Virus record (IMG/VR): IMGVR_UViG_3300037245_003804
Span: 1-52,530 of that record
Length of the DNA: 52,530 nucleotides
Reading direction: 5' to 3' (one strand)
From: a virus
Lineage: Duplodnaviria; Caudoviricetes
Below, piece by piece: positions 46,553-52,530 of the stretch (position 1 is its first letter; every line of letters begins with the position of its first letter). The notes under the pieces are model-generated. The model made no database searches, was not told where the DNA came from, and worked only from the letters and a program-made list of their open reading frames with translations. Made by a program: the position numbers and the translations under genes.

Positions 46553-48086
46553 GCCCGAAGTAACAGTAAGTATAATTAATGCCAATGTTATTTCTCAAAA
46601 TGATGCACAAAAACTGCTATTTGTTGGTCAAAAAACTTCTGCTGGTACTGCTACTTCGGGAGAATTAATCCAAAATATATTGAATGATGGGGCTGAAGAT
46701 ACGCTTTTTGGTGAAGATTCAATGCTTGCCGCTATGATAAGAAGCGCCAGGAAATTAAATAAAATTGTTCAATTCGATGCAATACCACTTGATGATAATG
46801 GAGCGTCCGCACCCTCTATAGGTGATTTTGAGATTACCGGTTCACCTGAAGAAGCAGGAACTATAACATTTAGTATTGGATCATTATTGAATAACAGTTA
46901 TACCGTTAGTGTCTCAGCTTCAGACACACCGGTAATCATAGCCGTTGCTTTAGTAACACTAATTCTTGATGATCCAACATGCCCTGTGGAAGCTGGAAAT
47001 ACTGTCGGTACTGTTATTATGACTGCGGTTAATGAAGGAAGTTATGGTGATGGCTTGGGGTTGGCTGTTGATATTAATGTCCCCGGAATTAGCGTTGGCC
47101 TTGTTGGAATGGCAGGGGGCGGTGCAGATCCGGTAGTAACCAATGTATTTGATGTGGTTGGTAACAATAGGTATCAAGGTGTAGTTTGGCCTTATACAGA
47201 TGTATCTGTTTTAACGACATTTTTAGATGAAAGGTTCAATGTTGATGATGACGTTTTGGATGGAGCGGGTTTTGTTTCTGTAACTGATCTATTATCTAAT
47301 CATTTAACCAGGTTGCTCCCTTTAAATAGTGAAAATCTTGTAGAGATATGTGATAAATTTGAGAACACTGCTACATTGGTTGGCCCTTCAATGCTAGAAA
47401 TTCCCGTCGTCAAAGCCGCTCAGTTGGCTTCTATACGATCTTTGAGGCTGACCCCTGACGCTAGCATTGCCAACTTCGTTATAAGCGCTAACGGCGCGCT
47501 GGATGCCTTTGGTGGCCCTGCGTTGGCTAGTAAGCCTTATGCAAATACACCCTTCACTAATTTACCTTTGATTCCAGTCAATTTGGGTTTCACTGATACA
47601 TTAGAGGTTAAGCAAATTCAAGAATTTGGTGGCGCTGTATTAGGAAACAACACCGCACGAACAAGCGTTATTATAGGAAGAGTCCCAACGACTTATAAAA
47701 CAGATGCTGCTGGAAATGCTGATTTGACTTTTGCCTTTCTTAACTATCGGGATACCGCATCAGGAATAAGAGAATATTTTTTCAATAATCTAAAAAGTAG
47801 ATTTGGTCAATCAAGATTAACTGAAGGGAATGCTATCCCTGGCAGAGACCAAGTAAATGCCAATACTGTTAGAGCATTTATAGAAAGACTATACCTAGAT
47901 TTATCTGGTGTAAATTTTGTCTTAGTGCAAAACGGTGATACGGCTATTCAATATTTCAAAGATAATTTGAGTGTTACCTTGGTGCTTTCTACTGGATCAG
48001 TAACCATACAAGCTAAAACTCCTATAATTACTCAATTGAGAAGAATTATATTTCCTATGCAAATTTCATTTTCAACCGGAGGATAA
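46536..48086 (+). CDS. Tail sheath protein (Mu gpL-like)
   Basis: LFVGQK, LFGEDSMLA.M, GGGADP, TTYKTDAAG..D. Confidence 0.88.
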   Translation: MTQISEPEVTVSIINANVISQNDAQKLLFVGQKTSAGTATSGELIQNILNDGAEDTLFGEDSMLAAMIRSARKLNKIVQFDAIPLDDNGASAPSIGDFEITGSPEEAGTITFSIGSLLNNSYTVSVSASDTPVIIAVALVTLILDDPTCPVEAGNTVGTVIMTAVNEGSYGDGLGLAVDINVPGISVGLVGMAGGGADPVVTNVFDVVGNNRYQGVVWPYTDVSVLTTFLDERFNVDDDVLDGAGFVSVTDLLSNHLTRLLPLNSENLVEICDKFENTATLVGPSMLEIPVVKAAQLASIRSLRLTPDASIANFVISANGALDAFGGPALASKPYANTPFTNLPLIPVNLGFTDTLEVKQIQEFGGAVLGNNTARTSVIIGRVPTTYKTDAAGNADLTFAFLNYRDTASGIREYFFNNLKSRFGQSRLTEGNAIPGRDQVNANTVRAFIERLYLDLSGVNFVLVQNGDTAIQYFKDNLSVTLVLSTGSVTIQAKTPIITQLRRIIFPMQISFSTGG

Positions 48087-48089
48087 ACC

Positions 48090-48482
48090 ATGGGCACTCG
48101 TATAGCTGATGCTGAAGTTAGAGTAAATAACGAAATATGGCCTATTGTGCCAGGATCAGTGGAGTTCACAGAAGGGCAAGGTGAGCAATCTATTGAGGCT
48201 GCGTCCACAGGTGGTGGTGGTGTTGAACAAATTTACACTTATGATGTTACTACTAATTTTTCAATGGTGAAGTTTGATGTTTTTCCAACTCCTCAAACAT
48301 TGAAAGATTCAAAAATCATCAAATCTAATAGAAATAATAATGTTGTGGAGCTTGCCGCTTCTACTGTAGATGGGAACTTCACACGGACATTTACACAAGC
48401 CGCTGTGTTGAATGATCCAGAAAAAAAACTAGGCGTGGATGGAACTTTTAGTATGGAATTTAAAGCCAATCCTGCCATTTAA
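48090..48482 (+). CDS. Tail tube protein (Mu gpM-like)
   Basis: 130 aa after the sheath; DGTFSMEF end. Confidence 0.75.
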   Translation: MGTRIADAEVRVNNEIWPIVPGSVEFTEGQGEQSIEAASTGGGGVEQIYTYDVTTNFSMVKFDVFPTPQTLKDSKIIKSNRNNNVVELAASTVDGNFTRTFTQAAVLNDPEKKLGVDGTFSMEFKANPAI

Positions 48483-48496
48483 TATGAGGTTAATTT

Positions 48497-48940
48497 ATGT
48501 CAGATCATCGTTATATGCTTGTCGGTGAATTAGATTATGCATTCAAAGGGAATATGGAAAAAGCACAATTTATAGATTTATCAATGCCAAGCGCTAAATT
48601 TTTAACTAATCTCGCACCTATTAGATGTGAGGTTATGAAAGCTATTCAATGGTCTCAAGAACAAAACAGTGTTACGCAGCAATCGTCGACTCAAGATAGT
48701 GAAAGCGAAGAAGATAGTGGGCTTGATCCAGTTGCCATGATCACAACACTTGAATTAGCAAAAGGTGTGGATATTGTAAAAGTATTATTGAATGTTAAAG
48801 CAATAATCATATCTAAAGGAATGGCGAAAATTGATGGTGAAATTAATTTAAATAATTCTGTATATGATAAAATGTCATTGAAAGATATTTATGGAATAAC
48901 GGGTAAATTTATTGTTGATTTTACTATACCTTCTCTTTAA
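48497..48940 (+). CDS. Tail assembly chaperone
   Basis: Between tube and tape measure; DKMSLKD motif. Confidence 0.65.
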   Translation: MSDHRYMLVGELDYAFKGNMEKAQFIDLSMPSAKFLTNLAPIRCEVMKAIQWSQEQNSVTQQSSTQDSESEEDSGLDPVAMITTLELAKGVDIVKVLLNVKAIIISKGMAKIDGEINLNNSVYDKMSLKDIYGITGKFIVDFTIPSL

Positions 48941-48969
48941 TAAAAGAAGAGAAGGATTTCATAAAAGAA

Positions 48970-49098
48970 ATGCTATGGATAGTTAAGTTTTACGAGGGCG
49001 GTTTATCATTAACAGAATTGCTTGACATGTCTTTTGATAAGCTATTGATTGTTATAGAAGAAACAGAACAAATAGCGAATCATGTAAATGGCAAATAA
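48970..49098 (+). CDS. Second chaperone segment (GT/GpE'-like; own ATG or -1 frameshift extension)
   Basis: -1 frame reads …KEMLWIVKFYEGGLSLTELLDMSFDKL…; fills the gap up to the tape measure gene. Confidence 0.55.
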   Translation: MLWIVKFYEGGLSLTELLDMSFDKLLIVIEETEQIANHVNGK

Positions 49099-50716
49099 GA
49101 TATCGTTCGTTGTTATTGCAAAGGATGCTTTTAGCAGTGTATCGCAAAAAGTATCCCTAAGCACTAAAAGAATGACAAAAACTTTCGATTCTTTAGGTAG
49201 CAAACTAAAGGTTGTTAGTTCTAAATTTGGTGCTCTCGCTACTGCTGCCTTAGGTTTTGTTGGGATAAGAAAGTTTTTTAGCCAAGGCATTAAATTTCAA
49301 GATTCAATGGCGGATTTAGCGTCTATAACCGGATCAACAGGAAAAGAATTAAAATTCTATTCCGATGAATCGTTAAGATTATCTAAAAAAGCCAACATTT
49401 CAGCAGCCGAAATAGCTATGGCTTTCAAGCTTGTAGCTTCCGCAAAAGCAGAACTATTAAAAGACCCCAAAGCATTATCCAATATCACGGAACAAACGCT
49501 ACTCTTGGCTAATGCGTCAGGGATATCACTAGCCGAATCCGCACAGATAGTAACAGAATCTTTGAATCAATTTGGTGCTTCTGCTAAAGAAACAGCAAGA
49601 TTTGTCAATGTATTGGCAGCAGGATCAAAATTTGGTGCTTCTGAGGTAGCGCAAACCGGTGTTGCTGTTGTGCGTGCAGGTGTTGCAGCTAAATTTGCAG
49701 GGGTAGGATTTGAGAAAGTTAATGCGGTTCTGCAAGTTTTATCATTGCAAGGTGAAAAGGGCCAAAGAGCTGGCACAGCTTTAAGAAGCGTATTTCTTAG
49801 GCTTGAATCTTTGTCAAAGAAATTTGATAAATTAAAACCTTCCGTTGTTGGTTTGGATACTGCTTTAGAAAATTTACATAAAAGAAATTTGTCCACAAAG
49901 AAGAAAACAGAACTATTTGGTCAAATGGCTGTTGCAGTTGGCAGCATGATGGTGGACAGCAGAGAAAAAATAAAAGAAATGAATAGTTCCATTTCTGATA
50001 CTTCTATTGCTTCTCAACAAGCAGGAATAAGGTTAGGAACGCTTGGTTCTAAAATTAAAGCAGTAGAAATAGCTATTAACAATGCATTAATAAAAACATT
50101 TTTAAAATTAAGTGAAAGCGATGTTTTTGAAAAAATTGCTGATGATACAGTAAAATGGATTGAGTCATTTGATGAAAAAGATATGGAACAGGTTGCAGAA
50201 TCAATAAAAGACATCGCTGCAGCAATGCAGCTTTTAGGTCAAAGCTTTGCCTTTGGATCAAGTAAAATACTTACTGTAAAGGATTTATTATTAGATGTAG
50301 GGGATGCGTTGTTTGGTATTGATGATGGATTTGAGAGAATTAGAAAAAGATTTGCTGGTAAGAGCGGCGTTGATGTGAATAAACCTATTTTCAGTGACGA
50401 TGTTTATCATGTTACAGGAAGAGATCATATAACATCAGGAAGAGAATTAAAACTATTTTACATGAATCGCCGTAAACAAGCAGCGATGGACAAAAAGTTA
50501 AACGATAAACTAATATCAATGGGTTTACCTTTAGACTTTTTTCCTGAACACGTATCACGACCTATGAGAGAAATTATGTCATTAACAAAAGAAATGAAAG
50601 TTCATTTAGATATAAATATATCTAATGAATCAAATTCAAAGGTACATACAATGGTAACAAGTGAGGAAGATAACGACTTCAATATTGGAGTTAATATGGT
50701 GCCTTATTCTCTATGA
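49088..50716 (+). CDS. Tape measure protein (TP901-type core)
   Basis: Ala-rich helical protein; LNQFG…NVLAAGSKFG…G..AGTALRSV. Confidence 0.88.
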   Translation: MANKISFVVIAKDAFSSVSQKVSLSTKRMTKTFDSLGSKLKVVSSKFGALATAALGFVGIRKFFSQGIKFQDSMADLASITGSTGKELKFYSDESLRLSKKANISAAEIAMAFKLVASAKAELLKDPKALSNITEQTLLLANASGISLAESAQIVTESLNQFGASAKETARFVNVLAAGSKFGASEVAQTGVAVVRAGVAAKFAGVGFEKVNAVLQVLSLQGEKGQRAGTALRSVFLRLESLSKKFDKLKPSVVGLDTALENLHKRNLSTKKKTELFGQMAVAVGSMMVDSREKIKEMNSSISDTSIASQQAGIRLGTLGSKIKAVEIAINNALIKTFLKLSESDVFEKIADDTVKWIESFDEKDMEQVAESIKDIAAAMQLLGQSFAFGSSKILTVKDLLLDVGDALFGIDDGFERIRKRFAGKSGVDVNKPIFSDDVYHVTGRDHITSGRELKLFYMNRRKQAAMDKKLNDKLISMGLPLDFFPEHVSRPMREIMSLTKEMKVHLDINISNESNSKVHTMVTSEEDNDFNIGVNMVPYSL

Positions 50717-51942
50717 ACCTTCTCGAAACAGCATTTCCTGCATCTTATAAAGAAGTTGGTTTTTCAGTAGACGGAACAACCACTACTGGTGGAATTAAAA
50801 ACGTTAAACATGTTTTTGTTAATAGTGACAATCAAAATATAGAACTGTTAGGTGTTAAACTAAAAAGCTACCCAGTAAGAGCATTTATAAATAATACCAA
50901 GGATGAAGCTTATAAGTTAAAAAGAGACAATTTAGTAAAAGTTCTTGATGATCAAGAAAGTGGAAAATTAGTTCATCCATTTTTAGGAATAATTGACAAT
51001 GTTATAGCAACAGAATGGACTTTAACTGAAGATTTCAGACAATTTGGAAAAGCAAGGTTTACTATTCAATTTGAATCAACGTTGCCACAAAGTGTTCCCG
51101 AGGTAGCATCCAATTCATTAAGTCAAGTGCAAGAAAAAGAAAAAGATGTAGCAGATGGGACGAAAAAGGACACTGAAGAAAATTTCTTAATTACATTCAG
51201 CAAAAATATAAATGACTCGATATCTCAAGTTAATTCAATAGTTGAAGAAATAAATAATAATTCCAATCTATTTTCTATAACAGAAGACCAGGTAAATATT
51301 TTCAATAATCAAGTGGGACAGTTGAGTGCTAATGCTGCAAATTTAGTAAGAGACCCCGTGGCGTTAGCATCATCATTAAATAACGTTTTTTCTACTATTT
51401 CAGGAATGTACGTTACTGTTGAAGCTGCCTTAGGTGTTATGGCTAATTTCTTTAATTTTGGTGCTGATGATATACCTATTGATGATAACACAATTTCTAA
51501 TATTGAAAGAAAAAAGAATAGAAAAATATTAAACGATAATATCAATGCTTATTCTTTGGCTCATGCTTATACATTAGCAAGTCAATTAGACTTCACTACT
51601 ATAGAACAACAAAACGAAATAGCTGACGTTCTTGAGGAACAATATCAATTTATTATTAAGGATGATGTTATAGAAAATCTTAGTGGTGTTGATGAGTTAA
51701 TAGGTATATCAACTGATACTAAGTTGGAAATAACCGATCAAAGAGGAGCGGTTGAGAATCTTTTTGATGATAATAGAATAATACTTGGACAAATAATAGA
51801 AATCATTACAACAGAGATAAGCACTAGATTATTATCTTATCAATATTATGGTGATTCGGAATTGGGAGAAGATATTGCAAATCTAAATAATATAAGTGAC
51901 TCATCTTTCGCTAATGGAACTATAAAAATAATTTCATCATGA
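50713..51942 (+). CDS. Mu gpN-like DNA-circulation/tail protein
   Basis: ASYK.V.F, GKLVHPFLG, F.IQF.E, C-terminal LSYQYYGD…I..LN.I. Confidence 0.82.
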   Translation: MNLLETAFPASYKEVGFSVDGTTTTGGIKNVKHVFVNSDNQNIELLGVKLKSYPVRAFINNTKDEAYKLKRDNLVKVLDDQESGKLVHPFLGIIDNVIATEWTLTEDFRQFGKARFTIQFESTLPQSVPEVASNSLSQVQEKEKDVADGTKKDTEENFLITFSKNINDSISQVNSIVEEINNNSNLFSITEDQVNIFNNQVGQLSANAANLVRDPVALASSLNNVFSTISGMYVTVEAALGVMANFFNFGADDIPIDDNTISNIERKKNRKILNDNINAYSLAHAYTLASQLDFTTIEQQNEIADVLEEQYQFIIKDDVIENLSGVDELIGISTDTKLEITDQRGAVENLFDDNRIILGQIIEIITTEISTRLLSYQYYGDSELGEDIANLNNISDSSFANGTIKIISS

Positions 51943-52530
51943 GTATTATTATTGAAGTAAATGGAGTTCCATATAATAATTTCCTAAAAGGAAGAGTCAA
52001 TATACGTTTGGACTCGTTGTGCAATACTTTTCATTTTATTATAGCGAAAAACGATAATTCTGTTTTACCATTTTCTGTTAGTGACAAATGTAAAGTACTT
52101 GTAAATAATGTATTGGTATTGACTGGGGTTATTGAGGTATTAGAAGTTACATATGATAAAGATAGTCATACTTTAGATATTTCAGGAAGGGATAATACAT
52201 CAGATATAGTTGACTCGTATATTGATAATTTATCCGATATAGGAAAAGGTGTTAGTTTAAAAAACATTATTGAAAAAATTATAGAAGATATTGGATCTGA
52301 CGTAAAAGTATTGGAAGGCACTGAAATAAATGAAACAAGCAGGAATGAATTTGACACAAATGATGTTGCTTCCCCAGAACCCGGGTCTAGTGCTTTTGAA
52401 TTTATAGAGCATTTAGCAAGACAACGACAAGTTCTTTTAACGTCAAATGGAGATGGGAATATTGTTATAACACAAGGGAGTCAAGAAAAGTTAGGTAATG
52501 CAAAATTGCAGTATATAATAAATGGAAAAG
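51939..52530 (+). CDS. N-terminal half of Mu gp44-like baseplate hub (continues at 1-551)
   Basis: ATGA overlap with the gpN-like gene; MSIIIEVNG…LTGVIE…ISGRDNTSDIVDS; open to the window end. Confidence 0.85.
   Translation, partial: MSIIIEVNGVPYNNFLKGRVNIRLDSLCNTFHFIIAKNDNSVLPFSVSDKCKVLVNNVLVLTGVIEVLEVTYDKDSHTLDISGRDNTSDIVDSYIDNLSDIGKGVSLKNIIEKIIEDIGSDVKVLEGTEINETSRNEFDTNDVASPEPGSSAFEFIEHLARQRQVLLTSNGDGNIVITQGSQEKLGNAKLQYIINGK
52498..52530. repeat. Terminal direct repeat, right copy
   Basis: 32/33 identity to positions 1-33. Confidence 0.9.

Noticed and set aside
34361-52357. Numerous short - strand ORFs inside structural genes (and + strand ORFs inside early genes)
   Set aside because: They are antisense shadows of well-supported genes with no motifs or RBS.

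Overview
This window looks like a complete, circularly permuted ~52.5 kb AT-rich tailed-phage genome: the first and last 33 nt are the same apart from one mismatch, and a Mu gp44-like baseplate gene runs in frame across the junction. The + strand late module (33.4 kb to the end, continuing 1-4.8 kb) joins an HK97-type head to a Mu-like contractile tail. The mostly - strand accessory/early arm (4.8-33.3 kb) carries a lysis pair, an SF2 helicase, a Cas4-like nuclease, an SSB, a Sak4-like ATPase, a prim-pol/helicase, tRNA-Pro(UGG), three pentapeptide-repeat proteins, a lipase and two large expansions of small paralogous proteins. I could not recognise an integrase. The most striking feature is a non-coding 14.03-14.73 kb array of structured-RNA modules. 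It holds six copies of a predicted pseudoknot motif with swappable internal hairpins and compensatory changes, a second repeated hairpin, and an embedded circularly permuted, anticodon-less tRNA-like element. All protein calls come from motif recognition and gene order, not database searches.
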